From: Chiloscyllium plagiosum
Lineage: Eukaryota
Direction: 5' to 3'
Assembly (NCBI RefSeq): GCF_004010195.1
Contig: NC_057758.1
Span: forward strand, 5,632,936-5,696,935
Length of the DNA stretch: 64,000 nt
A program made the position numbers and the translations under genes. This document shows positions 1 to 11,439 of the stretch, piece by piece. Numbering within the stretch: position 1 is the stretch's first letter; each line of letters begins with the position of its first letter. Under the pieces are notes generated by a model, which worked only from the letters and a program-made list of their open reading frames with translations, was not told the DNA's origin and did no database searches.

Positions 1-2165
1 GTGATGGAGGGGGATAAGTGTGCACTGCAGGGCAAGAGTTATAGCTGGGGGCAGGGAAATTATGATGCGGTGAGGCATGACCTAGGATGCGTGGCTTGGA
101 AAAGTAGGCTTCAAGGCATGGGCACAATTGATATGTGGAGCTTGTTCAAGGAGCAACTATTGAGTGTCCTTGATAAGTATGTACCTGTCAGGCAGGGAGG
201 AAAGGGTCGTGTGAGGGAGCCGTGGTTTAATAAAGAATTGGAATCCCTTGTTAAATGGAAGAGGGCGGTTTATGTAAAGATGTGGCGTGAAGGTTCAATT
301 TGGGCGATTGAAGTTATAAGGTAGCCAGGAAGGATCTGAAGAGAGAGCTAAGAGCAGCAAGGAGGGGACATGAAAAGTCCTTAGTTGGTAGGATTAGGGA
401 AAACCCTAAGGCTTTCTATCAGTATGCCAGGAATAAAAGAATGACTCGGGTAGGAATAGGTCCAGTCAAGGATAATAGTGGGAAGTTGCGTGTGGAGGCT
501 GAAGAGATTGGGGAGACACTGAATGAGTACTTTTCATCAGTATTCACTCAGGAACAGGACATTGTTGCCGATGTGAATATTGAGTCACAATTAATTAGAA
601 TGGACGGCTTTGAGGTATGTCGGGAAGAGATGTTGGAAATTCTGGAAAGGGTGAAAATAGATAAGTCCCCAGGGCCTAATGGCATTTATCCTCGGATTGT
701 CTGGGAAGCAAGGGAGGAGATTGCAGAGGCATTGGCCTTAATTTTTATGTCCTCGTTGTCTACAGGAATAGTGCCAGTAGACTGGAGGATAGCAAATGTG
801 GTTCCCTTGTTCAAGAAAGGGAGTGGGGATAACCCTAGTAACTATAGGCCGGTGAGTCTCACTTCTGTTGTGGGCAAAGTCTTAGAGAGAATTGTGAGGG
901 ATAGGATTTATGAACATCTGGATAGGAATAATGTGATCAAGGATAGTCAGCAATGTTTTGTGAAGGGCAGGTCGTGCCTCACAACCCTTATTGAATTCTT
1001 TGAGAAGGTGACTAAGGAAGTAGACGAGGGTAAAGCGGTAGATGTGGTGTATATGGATTTTAGTAAGGCGTTTGATAAGGTTCCCCATGGTTGGCTACTG
1101 CAAAAAATACGGAGGTATGGCATTGAGGGTGAGTTGGAGGTTTGGATTAGGAATTGGCTGGCTGGAAGAAGACAGAAGGTAGGAGTTGATGGTAAAGGTT
1201 CATCTTGGAGTGTAGTTAATAGCGGTGTTCCGCAAGGATCTGTTTTGGGACCATTGCTGTTTGTCATTTTGATAAATGACCTGGTGGAGGGGCTAGAAGG
1301 TTGAGTGAGCAAGTTTGCGGATGATACGAAAGTCGGTGAAGTGGTTGACAGTGAAGAAGGATGTGTCAGGTTACAGCTGGATATAGATAAGTTGCAGAGC
1401 TTGGCAGAACGGTGGCAAACGGCGTTTAATGTCGGTAAGTATGAGGCGATTCACTTTGGTAAGAGTAACAAAAAGACGGTGTAGTGGGCTCATGGTCGGA
1501 TACTTGGTAGTGTGGATGAGCAGAGGGATCTTGGTGTCCATGTACACAGATCTCTGAAAGTTGCCACCCAGGTAAATAGTGCGGTGAAGGCGGCATATGG
1601 CGTACTGGCTTTTATTGGTAGAGGAATTGAGTTCCGGAACCCTGAGGTCATGTTGCAGTTTTATAAGACTCTGGTGCAGCCTCATCTGGAGTATTGTGTG
1701 CAGTTTTGGTCGCCATATTATAGGAAGGATGTGGAGGCACTGGGACGGGTGCAGAGGAGGTTTACCAGGATGTTGCCTGGTATGGTAGGAAGATCGTATG
1801 AGGAAAGGCTGAGGCACTTGGGGCTGTTTTCATTGGAGAAAAGAAGGTTTAGAGGTGACTTGATAGAGGTGTACAAGATGATTAGGGGTTTAGATAGGGT
1901 TGACTATGAGAACCTTTTACCACGTATGGAGTCAGCTATTACGAGGGGGCATAGCTTGAAATTTAGGGTTGGTAGGTATAGGACAGATGTTAGGGGTAGA
2001 TTCTTTCCTCAGCGAGTCGTGAGTTCATGGAATGCCCTGCCAGTAGCAATGGTGGACTCTTCCTCTTTATGGGCATTTAAACGGGCATTGGATAGGCATA
2101 TGGAGGATAGTGGGCTAGTGTAAGTTAGGTGGTCTTGGATCGGCGCAAGATCGAGGGCCAAAGGG
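1..2165 (+). mobile_element. CR1-clade LINE, ORF2 (RT and C-terminus) plus truncated 3'UTR; disrupted
   Basis: ORFs 1-324, 441-1304 and 1512-2123 give NYRPVSLTSVVGK, YMDFSKAFDKVPH, GVPQGSVLGPLLF and LVQPHLEYCVQFWSP; KFADD is read directly at ~1311-1325. Frameshift near 320, stop at 1302-1304. The 3'UTR stops at gagggccaaaggg without the (ttctatg)n tail. Confidence 0.95.
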
Positions 2166-2809
2166 TGTTAAATGAACCAACCGCCCAGAAATACTCACTT
2201 CCCCTCGTAATCTGTTAAACTTTGAGTGACATAGAACTCCCAAATTCCACCATTAAAAAAGAATGTATACTTTTACTCTAAATGTGAACAGGAACACAAC
2301 TATGCACAACTCTAATCACACCCATCAACCCTCACCTGCTTGTTATCTGCTTCCAAACCTATAATAATATACTGTTCCAATCCAATAAAACACTGACAAA
2401 AACTAACAGCAATTAATTGCAGAGACATACAGAGTGTGATCTTTGCTGTCTTTCTTCCTTTGGCAAGACGTTCTCCCTGGGTGGACTTCTGTCTTTTACT
2501 GTGAATACGTTTCATATGGAAAGATACCCTTGATAACGAGTATTTCATATGGCAGTTGCTCTGTCTGACTTTCAAACTGCTTATCTTTTTTTGATCCCGC
2601 AGAACTGGATTGTCTTATTGCTTCAATGCTGGCAAAATAATAAACGCAAACTCGATTGAGTTTTACTATCCGGGTGCATAGTTTCACCTGATTGGTTAAA
2701 TGTGTACTGTGTCAAAATTGCAACCAAATCAGGTGTTTATTTCACAGCCAAATGTTACATATTTTCAATTTTCCAGTACAATCTGGGACTGGAAGTCAAT
2801 CGCATGACA
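2166..2809 (-). mobile_element. Gypsy LTR, inverted copy of the LTR at 55317-55982, lacking its last ~26 bp
   Basis: Reverse complement matches 55317-55956 and starts TGTCATG at 2809. Confidence 0.75.
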
Positions 2810-3334
2810 AGTGCTTGTAAGCTCTCAGTCCTAAACACCATTCACTTTCTAAAAGCCACAGTACCCACCTTCAACTTCATATTGATACTCAGTAACCTGG
2901 CCTCCACAGTCTTCGGTGGCAATGAATTTATTGACTCAGTATTCTTTGGCTGATGAAGTTTCTCCTTATCTCCGTTACCTTCAGCTCAAACATCCTCCCT
3001 GATATCCCATGCTTCAACAATTTCCACTCCTGCCCATTCCCAGATATGACCCAGTTCACCATTTGTGGCATGCCTTCAGCATCCAGAGACGTCATCTGTA
3101 AATATCCCACCATTACACTATCTGTCACCCTCTCCTCTTCGAAAGCTGCCATGACTCGTGCCACTTCAAGAGAGCAGTTGGTCTCTTGCTCCTAATATCT
3201 ATTCCATTGATTCGCTATGAAAATCATCTTTCATGTATTACCACAACAAATCATTTGAGACATTATAACTTAATCATCAACGATTCGATTTATGCTAATC
3301 CCTTTTTATCCACTCACGTCTCATGTGACTTGGG

Positions 3335-4170
3335 CTGAGTACACTGGGAGAATTGTCTAACTTTCTTCGCCTTCCCCAGCTTTGATAGTCTCAAGGGGAA
3401 CATTGTGCACTTCTGTGGTTTCATTCTACCTTGGGCAGACCACACTAGCAGCAGTGTGCACTCCTCAGGTCCCAATCTGCATTGGACAGACCAAACTTGG
3501 AGCACTGTGTAATCGTCACTCACCAAACTATATTGAGAAAACCACACTGTGAGAACTATGTAATACTGAGTTCCCAACCTACTTTGAGCAGGCCACACTG
3601 GGAGAAGTTTGTAAATCTCACGTCCCAGTCTATATTGAACTGACCACATTGGGAGCACTGCGTAATCCTCAGTTCCAAACTGCATTTAGTAGAGCACATT
3701 GGGAGCAGTGTACGATTCTTATGTCCCTATCTACCTTGGAGAGATCACACTGGGAGCACTGCATAATCCTCAATTCCCAATCTACATTTAGCAGGCCACA
3801 CTCTGTGATCGTCATACACCAAAGTAGACGGAGAAAACCACACTGTGAGCAATGGGTAATCCTGAGGTCCAAACCTACTTTGAGCAGACCACACTGGGAG
3901 CAGTGTTTTGTCCCCACGTCCCAATCTTCATTGGACAGACAACAATGGGAGCAGTTTTCATTCCTCAGGTCCCAATCGATATTGTGCAGACCACACTGGG
4001 AGTACTGTGAATTTCTCAGGTCCCAATATCCGTTTGACAGTACACACTGGGAACACTCTGCACACTTTAGGTTCCAAATATATTATGCAGACCAGACCGC
4101 GAGCAGTGTGGATACCTCAGGCCCTAATCTACATCGGGCACAAAACACTGGGAGCACTGGACACTTCTCA
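3335..4170 (+). repeat. 51-bp minisatellite derived from the CR1 ORF2 'LVRPHLEYCVQFWSP' segment
   Basis: A ccacactgggagcactg-like motif recurs every 51 bp (~3593, 3644, 3695, 3746; 3889, 3940, 3991). The unit aligns by eye with the CR1 at 44363-44411. Confidence 0.85.
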
Positions 4171-4171
4171 C

Positions 4172-4407
4172 CTCCCAAAATCCATTCAGCAGCCGTATCC
4201 CTCAGGAAGATGTTGTTCTGTCGCATCCAACGGCGGATGAGAAGCCAAAGTATTTGCATGTTAGGATCGTTGCATGTTAGGATCGTTGCTGCATCAAGTA
4301 ATGAGTGGCGCAACACAGAGGGTGGCAAACCTCCCACCCCCTCCGCACACAGTGTGATCCCTTTAATCGTCTGAGTTATGGTGATAGCGATGTCTGTCAT
4401 TCAGGCA
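4172..4407 (-). pseudogene. Candidate antigen-receptor V-exon remnant (FR1-FR2), 3' part replaced by the minisatellite
   Basis: Reads TDIAITITQ. With one copy of a 16-bp tandem duplication (atcctaacatgcaacg) removed it gives TILTCKYFGFSSA, then after a frameshift WMRQ...AEWILG. This fits the V pattern LTC..GF..W.RQ..EW. Confidence 0.45.
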
Positions 4408-4509
4408 CTTATAGATCAGGTGTAACCGCAGCCCCTTGCTCCAGTGATTTCAGGATAAATTTAATAATGCTTACTGTATTAAATAGTGCCTTTTGATTAC
4501 CTTTACTTT

Positions 4510-5009
4510 NNNNNNNNNNNNNNNNNNNNNNNNNNNNNNNNNNNNNNNNNNNNNNNNNNNNNNNNNNNNNNNNNNNNNNNNNNNNNNNNNNNNNNNNNNN
4601 NNNNNNNNNNNNNNNNNNNNNNNNNNNNNNNNNNNNNNNNNNNNNNNNNNNNNNNNNNNNNNNNNNNNNNNNNNNNNNNNNNNNNNNNNNNNNNNNNNNN
4701 NNNNNNNNNNNNNNNNNNNNNNNNNNNNNNNNNNNNNNNNNNNNNNNNNNNNNNNNNNNNNNNNNNNNNNNNNNNNNNNNNNNNNNNNNNNNNNNNNNNN
4801 NNNNNNNNNNNNNNNNNNNNNNNNNNNNNNNNNNNNNNNNNNNNNNNNNNNNNNNNNNNNNNNNNNNNNNNNNNNNNNNNNNNNNNNNNNNNNNNNNNNN
4901 NNNNNNNNNNNNNNNNNNNNNNNNNNNNNNNNNNNNNNNNNNNNNNNNNNNNNNNNNNNNNNNNNNNNNNNNNNNNNNNNNNNNNNNNNNNNNNNNNNNN
5001 NNNNNNNNN
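4510..5009. other. Assembly gap (500 N)
   Basis: Run of N. Confidence 1.
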
Positions 5010-5012
5010 TGC

Positions 5013-5147
5013 AGATGGTACCTGTAACAAGGAGGGCGGTTCATTCTCGAATATCCAGGCAGGGGGCAGTTATTACGGCAAAGCCAAAATCATCGGGATA
5101 ATGCCAGATGAGAGGAAAACCACGCGGGTAGGGAATGTAGTTAATGA
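5013..5147 (+). repeat. ~135-bp inverted repeat, arm 1 (partner 6105-6239)
   Basis: agatggtacctgtaacaagg...aaaatcatcgggataatgccagat...ggaaaaccac matches the reverse complement of 6105-6239. Confidence 0.85.
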
Positions 5148-5539
5148 TGTTAAACCAAAATAGGAAGGCGGTCCACACGGTGTAGTGCGGCATATCAAGA
5201 GAAATATACTTCTGTGGGGAGGAAAATTACAAACGACATTTAAATCCCTAAATTAACAACAGTATGTTCCAGACTGTTTCAAGAGGTCAAAAATAAACAC
5301 CACCTTATAGTGACCGTCCAATCCTCACTGGATACGACGATGGTGTTTGACGACTGGAGAAGGGCAAACATTGCAGTTTTGTTTAATATAAATCAAGGGA
5401 GAGACTGAAGAGTTGAGGTTGTAATTCTGAGACAAAGGTAAAACGGTCGCTGAGGAAGTCTGAGAGACTCCACGACAGTCGGTTTGGATTTATTCAAGGA
5501 AGATCGTGTGCAATTAATCTGACTGCTGGTTTGAGACAG

Positions 5540-6600
5540 TTTCTCCAAACTTGATGTGACTTGGTTGGATTTGACAAGAGGTCACACTGCAGACTGTTTA
5601 GAAACAGAAACAATGGGGTCCAGGTGAAAGTAGCAAACCAGCCAGAGACATGAAACGCAAGACGTTTTGGGGACATCCACAACCGAGAGGAATGCACATT
5701 AAATGAGATTATGGTCAGTTTAGGCAGATCCAAAAAGGTAGCGGGACACATCAATCATCTCCTTAAGCAGAAATTTCATTAGTCCCTCTGTCAGCCAAAG
5801 TGGAGAATTTAAGAGCAGGAATGTTTTGTCAGAACTGCATAAATAATGAGTTCAGTTACAGCTTGTGTACTGTGTGCGGTCCTGGTTACCTCATCACATG
5901 CAAGGAGGGATTCTGACTGGAGAGAGTATAGAGGATATTAGTTACCCTGCGAAAGTGAAAGTGCAGTCATGAGGAAAGATTAGAATGCAGGATGCAGAAA
6001 GGGTGAGAGTGCACATATTTTCAGGGGCATCAGTAGAAAGGGAGTACCATATTCTTCCTGTGAATAAGAAGTGTGTTTTCTCATTACACCATCCCCAATC
6101 TCCCTCATTAGCTACCCTCCCTGCCCGTGTGGTTTTCCTCTGATCTGGCATTATCCCGATGATTTTCCCTTTGTTATATCAACAGCCCACTGCCTTGATT
6201 TCTCAGAATGAATCGGCCTCCCTGTTACAGGTGCCATCTCTAAAATTGTCAATGTGAAACCGCCATGAACATGGCAGAGGTGGACAAGCATCTAAGGTTC
6301 TGGTGGATGGCGTGGTGCAGCAGAGGGACATTACGTTCCTCCATGACACTAGACCAGCGGTGAATATTAAATGTAATTGTTTGAAACATTAGAGAAGCAG
6401 TGAGGAAAGTTGTCATTTCAGCTATAGTATGCCAGGGGTTTTGAAGTCATACACGGGAGCATAGGAGAGGCAGAAACTCTCAAACCAATTTTAACGGTGC
6501 CTAGATCGGCACCCGATGTGCGATAGTCTTCAGGGAGTAAGAACAAGGGCGTAAAAACAGTTTTTGTCCAATGCAGACAGTCTACAAAATGATCTCCTGT
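5540..6600 (+). mobile_element. Old, degenerate CR1 3' fragment
   Basis: Remnants such as cagcttgtgtactgtgtgcggtcctgg (QLEYCVQFW-like) and 3'UTR-like sequence; interrupted near 6060-6350. Confidence 0.55.
6105..6239 (-). repeat. ~135-bp inverted repeat, arm 2
   Basis: Reverse complement of 5013-5147 with scattered substitutions. Confidence 0.85.
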
Positions 6601-7494
6601 ATGTGGTGCGATTTCCTGAAGTCTTCAAAGGTTACCAATATCTGATCAATGTACAGGGATAAGGCAAGAGGGCAGGGAAGATCAGTGTGAAAAGTGATTA
6701 ACATCACCATAGTTCTGATTCCATCCTTTTCACACAATACTACTTCACTGTGTTGGCCTGTTAATCCTTGCTGTGTAAACATTGTAAACCCTTGAATATC
6801 CAGTTCTCAGCCTTGGCCACACTGCAGCCTCATCTTCATATGACAGCTACGTCTGACTTCGTTCATACTATTTTAAACTCTCATTTCATTGGCCTTGTTG
6901 AAAAGTTTGGGAGGAATTCAGGGTTGGCAGCAAATGATAGATAGCAGGATGGCTGTAGGGTACAGAGGAGATTGCAGAAACAGTGAAGGATGGGGGACAT
7001 TATTGGAATACGGATTTTTTTTAGGTGCTGAAGGAGATTCAAAAGACAAGTACTTTTTTGGTTTTGGTTCAAGTGAAAACTGAGCTGGACCAGCCAGATC
7101 AATATTTTGGCTACGAAACCATTTTGAACAGAAGCCGTTTACGAACGCTGACAAAAATGATACATGGAGAACCTCTCACATGATGCAGCCCTGAGTCTCT
7201 GTGCGCCAGAAATAAATGCAGCAGGGACAGGGACAGGGAATTCAGGCACATCAGTCCTGAGGATGGAGCCCACACAGTGACAGGGGAAGTGAACTTTCTA
7301 TCTTCACAGATTATGGTCAATGATGCAGAAGCAATTCACACGAGTTGAAACGTTGCTTTCAGTTGTAACATTTCGGGAAGTGAGAAGTTATTCTGATGTG
7401 AGGTTCTCGTGAGCTGACCGCTGTCATAAATTGATACCGAGAGCTTGTGATTGTGGGGCGTAACTTCCATTGTAATTGTTTCATTTCAGAATCA

Positions 7495-7850
7495 CATCGA
7501 GACACAAAGTATAGGGAAATACACTCAGAACTGTACAAACTCCAGCGTATTAGTTATTTATAGATCTCACAACCATTCCGGAAAATCGACTCGCAATGAG
7601 ATCAGGAAGGTACCAGGTTCCCTCTGTTGCCTGAACTGGACAGCTGTTATCTTCCATCCTGGAACCGAGCTCCAAAATCCCATCAGGAAGATCAAATACA
7701 ATCTGCCAAGCCTGTTCAGAGTCAACTACTGGTACTTATTCCAGTCCCGAGGCCCACAGTCAGAGTCGGTATATCCCATTCTATGCATTTGTAGGTCAAT
7801 TCAATATTTTCTTGAACCCCACAGCCAATCAGCCACACGTGCCTCTGTGG
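7495..7850 (-). pseudogene. Candidate antigen-receptor V-exon remnant, near full exon length
   Basis: Follows acceptor-like aatttgtag (7851). Reads VQENIELT..EWDIPTLTVGLGTGISTSS*, then in another frame TWYLPDLIASRFSGMVVRSINN (SRFSG at 7577-7591), then VQ/SECISLYF near 7500-7536. Motif order matches a V domain; stops and frameshifts are present and no convincing RSS was found. Confidence 0.45.
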
Positions 7851-8139
7851 CTACAAATTGCCACTCTCTGTAACATCTTTTACATTCGATAGCTCTTCCA
7901 ACCTCTGTAAATGTTCTAGTTTCTACACATTGTCCTCAATTTATAACATTCTTCCAAACTACATAGCACTAGTTTCAAACATATATTTTCCTCATGGAAA
8001 GGTTCACAAAAGTACGGGTGGATTGAGTTTTTGGAACAGATTACAGATAACAAGGAATATTCTTGGTGGAGAACGTTGAAAACGAGAGATTGCATAAAGC
8101 AGAAAGAAAAGCTTACATTGATGCTGCAGGGAATTAATA

Positions 8140-10790
8140 ACAGAAGTTTCTACAGAAAATGATGTGACTTTTCTTAAAGGCTTTTACAGAGATAGGGAGG
8201 ATTTAAGAAGATGGTGGATGTTTTAGAAAGTTGAGGATTTGAAGAAGATAATGGCGTATTAAAGTTACGTGAAGGATTTTAACATCTGGTAAAGATTAGA
8301 GATAGGGAGGGCGAGATGTTCCCACAGATAGGGAGTGATTTCGTTCTTGGAGTTTGCAGAGATACTGGGCTGTGAGGCAGCAGGAGGTGGCTACACCATC
8401 GGCAACGTTGTAGAGACTTGAGGATGTTAAACAGCTCGTTAGACATTGGAGGGGGTTACACAACAGGGAAACGTTTAGGGGAGGAGGAAGATATAGACAT
8501 TGATAGAGTTATACTTGCTGGAAAATGTTGCAGACATAACGCCCACTATTGACAGGAGGATGTTATAGAAATAATGAGATTTGTCAGGGCAGAAGGGAGT
8601 TAGCGATATTATTGGTTTTGTGGAAAGGAGCAGTCGCAAAGATTGGAAGGTTTGCATGGATCGGAGTTGTTACAGAGAATGGGCGAGCTGTAAGGACTTG
8701 AGAACCTCTCCAGAAAGAGGGAACATTGTTGGGGCTGGAGCAGATTCTAGACCAAGAATATGGCTTTACGTCTGTATGAGTTACAGAGATAAAGAGGGAT
8801 GTATTTGCTGATGGATAGTGTAGAGATTGGAATGGATCGCATGGAAGAGATAGGAGGTTATTCGAGTTAAAGGCTTCTCACGGCATCACACAGGACCACA
8901 CAGATGTCTTATGACACAGAAGGATGTCATTTAGCCCAATACGTTTACACCAGCTCTACAAATAAACGTATTACTGAGTAATTAGCTGGCAGGGCTTACA
9001 GACACGCGAACAACAATAGGGCCTGGAGACACTTACACAGATAGGGAGCATCGCACAAACTGGAGGAGATTCCTGCGGGAGGAAGGGTTGAACGGGCGAA
9101 TGACATTTACACAGACAGGGGTGTGAGAGCTGAAAAGGTTATGAAGATGAGTAGATGGATGTAGAGACAAGAGGAGCTCACATGTACAGGGTGGTTGACA
9201 ACACTAGATGGGAGTTAAATAAACATTGAGCCTTGGAGGAAAAGGATCGAAAGAATTGCAGGTTTTGGAGTGGGTTCTGCAGATCGGGAGTATTGCCGGG
9301 ATGGCAGAGGACAACACATCGGGAGGATTGTAGGGTCTCCACATTTTGAGAGCGTTTAAAAACTGGAGGAAGTTACACAAATGAGGAGAGATGTTGGAGC
9401 TGTTGGAGTTTACAGAGATGGGAGGGTTGCAACTGTTTACCGATCACGGGATATTTTGAGGAACAGTAACACGAAACTCTGAGGGAAGGGTGCAGAGAAC
9501 ACAAAGGAATAGGGTGTGAGGTACGGGTAGGGCTGTGGGGAGTGAAGGAGCAAAGAGAAATGTGGAGTGCTGTTGTGGCTGGAAAAATATACCGAATATA
9601 GGAGACTTGCAGGGCCCGGGGGAGGTGAGGGAGAGGGTGGGCTGCAGAGTCTGTGGGGATTGGAGTATGCCTAACAGATGGGGAGTGATATTGCGATTGG
9701 ATCAGTTACAACGAGATTTTCATACGGACCAAAGGAGGTTGCAAATGTAAGGAGGGTTATGGAGGCTGGAGGGTAAAGTAGAGGTAGAGCGGGCGGATGA
9801 ACTGCAGAGGATCATACAGACATGGAGGGCTGAAGGAGCAGGTGAAGGTAACAGAGACACAGAAGGTTTCAACTTTGGAAGAGGGATCAGTGTATGGGAA
9901 ATGGTTACAGAGGCAGGTACGGCGGTAGGGATTGGATAGGAACGCAAAGGTAGGGACGCTGTAGGATATTATTTTACAGATATATGTAGGTTCCAGCAGC
10001 TCGAGGAAGTTACAAAGATACAGTGGGTTATCGGCTGGAGGAGTAAATAGATTGGTAGAGCTCTCGGGACTGGAGTAGGTTTGACAGATATGGAGAATTC
10101 TGTGGTCTGAGAAAGTTCCAGTTGTAGGAGGTTGTGTAGTTTACAGAGATGGGAAAGGTAGCAGGGAATCAAGTAGATATAGAGATAGGGAGTGTTACAC
10201 AGAAACATAGTACAGAGGGGCATGGGGCAGGCCATTCAACTCCATGAGCCTGTTTCCACATTGATTATGATTACAGCGGACCTATTAACTCAGTGCAATG
10301 TTGCTGCTTTTGTCCCAAACATAGTCTGTCATAACTGGGGGAGTTTAAGAGAGAGCGAGGTATGGAGTGACTGGGGGAGTTTACAGAAATAGGAAGAGTT
10401 GGAATGAGTGGGGATATTCCAGAGATATGGAGGGTTGTAGTGACTGGAGGAATTTATGAAGATCGGAAGGATTGAAGTGACGGAAGGAGGTGACAGAAAA
10501 AGAAAGAATTGGAGGGACTGGAGGAGGTAATCGAGATCGGGAAGGTTGTGGATTCTGATCGATATTAAAGAGCATCATTCAGCCTGGCGAAGATTATGGA
10601 GACATGCAAAGATGTGGAGGCTGATGGGGATGACTGGAAAAGGAGGTACAGAGAAGCAGTTTTTGGAGAAGTTTACTCTGACTTGGATAAAACACAAAGT
10701 TTATTGAGTCAGAAACTTCCCAAGTACTTATGGTCGTCAGGGAAAAGATAGAATCGGAAAGTTGATTATTGCAGCGGGGATTACACATGG
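8140..10790 (+). repeat. Degenerate purine-rich ~36-bp minisatellite (gggctggaggaggttacagagatagggagggttgta)
   Basis: Dozens of variants of ttacagagatagggagg and ctggaggag. The antisense unit reads YNPPYLCNLLQP, like an L2 ORF2 C-terminus (track ORF 9720-9947: HNPPYICNLL). Confidence 0.85.
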
Positions 10791-11159
10791 AAAATAATAC
10801 TCAGTCCCTCAGAGATCTGGAAATTTCCAGTCTGCATCCCTGGACTGTGCAGTCCTGCCTGTCTGGAGTGGAGAATTCTGTTGTCTCGAGATCTGGAATG
10901 GCTGCAAGAGCCAGGGGCATTGATAGAGGCAAGGATTAACCTCACACAGTGAGGGACACCACATGGAGATATACTGAATGACAGCACCAGAATGTAGGAA
11001 GGTATCAGGTTAAAACAGTGGTCAGGCTGAAAGTGTTTTGACTCTTGGTGCAGTACTCAGGGATGTGTGAGGTATGAGTGGGACAGATAACGGCCCAGTA
11101 TCATTCTCACGAGACTGCTTATGGAGCATTTAATGCCGGTATCAGGGATACTCATCTGA

Positions 11160-11362
11160 TTGCTTAATATCCTTTGAGGAAGGAAATGTGTTTTCGGCAG
11201 CGCTCAGGCCTGCATATGACTCCAGAGCCAGAGCAATGGGGTTGACTTTCAACTGCCGTCTGAAATGGACGAGCAAGCCACTCAGCGCAAGGGCAGCTGT
11301 GGGTGGGCATGAAATTCTGGCCAGCTAGAAACGTCTGTATCTCACCAGTGAAGAAGAAAAAG
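11160..11362 (+). mobile_element. DeuSINE-like (SacSINE1/AmnSINE-type) fragment
   Basis: gaggaaggaaat...ggcctgcatatgactccagagccagagcaatggggttgact...ctgaaatggacgagcaagccactcag resembles the Deu domain (recognised from memory). Confidence 0.65.
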
Positions 11363-11439
11363 TCACATTGCACTGGGCACCAAGGAAACATGCTGGGACC
11401 TCTGTCCTGGCCAATCATGGCGGTAGGTTGAAGGACAGG

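Larger units (their letters stand above)
2166..4509. repeat. Inverted segmental duplication, arm 1 (partner 53626-55956)
   Basis: Continuous reverse-complement match from tgttaaatgaacc (2166) to gattacctttacttt (4509, gap edge). The paired ORFs in the track are near-identical. Confidence 0.95.

Noticed and set aside
3335..4170. CRISPR-like periodicity
   Set aside because: The whole unit repeats with no unique spacers, there are no cas genes, and the context is vertebrate.
3649..4374. 241-aa His/Cys/Trp-rich ORF resembling a repeat or zinc-finger protein
   Set aside because: It is the reading of a 51-bp minisatellite and is broken in the paralog at 54.0-54.5 kb.
4409..5163. Long ORFs crossing N runs (also 41.7-42.3 kb and 61.5-62.2 kb)
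   Set aside because: Artefacts of translating gap characters.
7045..7095. J-like YFFGFGS on the + strand
   Set aside because: Opposite strand to the nearby V-like remnant, with no RSS and no splice donor.
7273..7311. Perfect RSS heptamer CACAGTG (also at 4328, 10945 and 45631)
   Set aside because: At 7273 there is no ACAAAAACC-like nonamer at 12 or 23 bp and no J-like coding flank. The other sites were not scored; a lone 7-mer is expected by chance at this window size.
8140..10790. Idea that the G-rich arrays are Ig switch-like regions
   Set aside because: The unit is LINE-derived and degenerate, it is G-rich on the template strand relative to the minus-strand remnants, and canonical S regions are not established for sharks.
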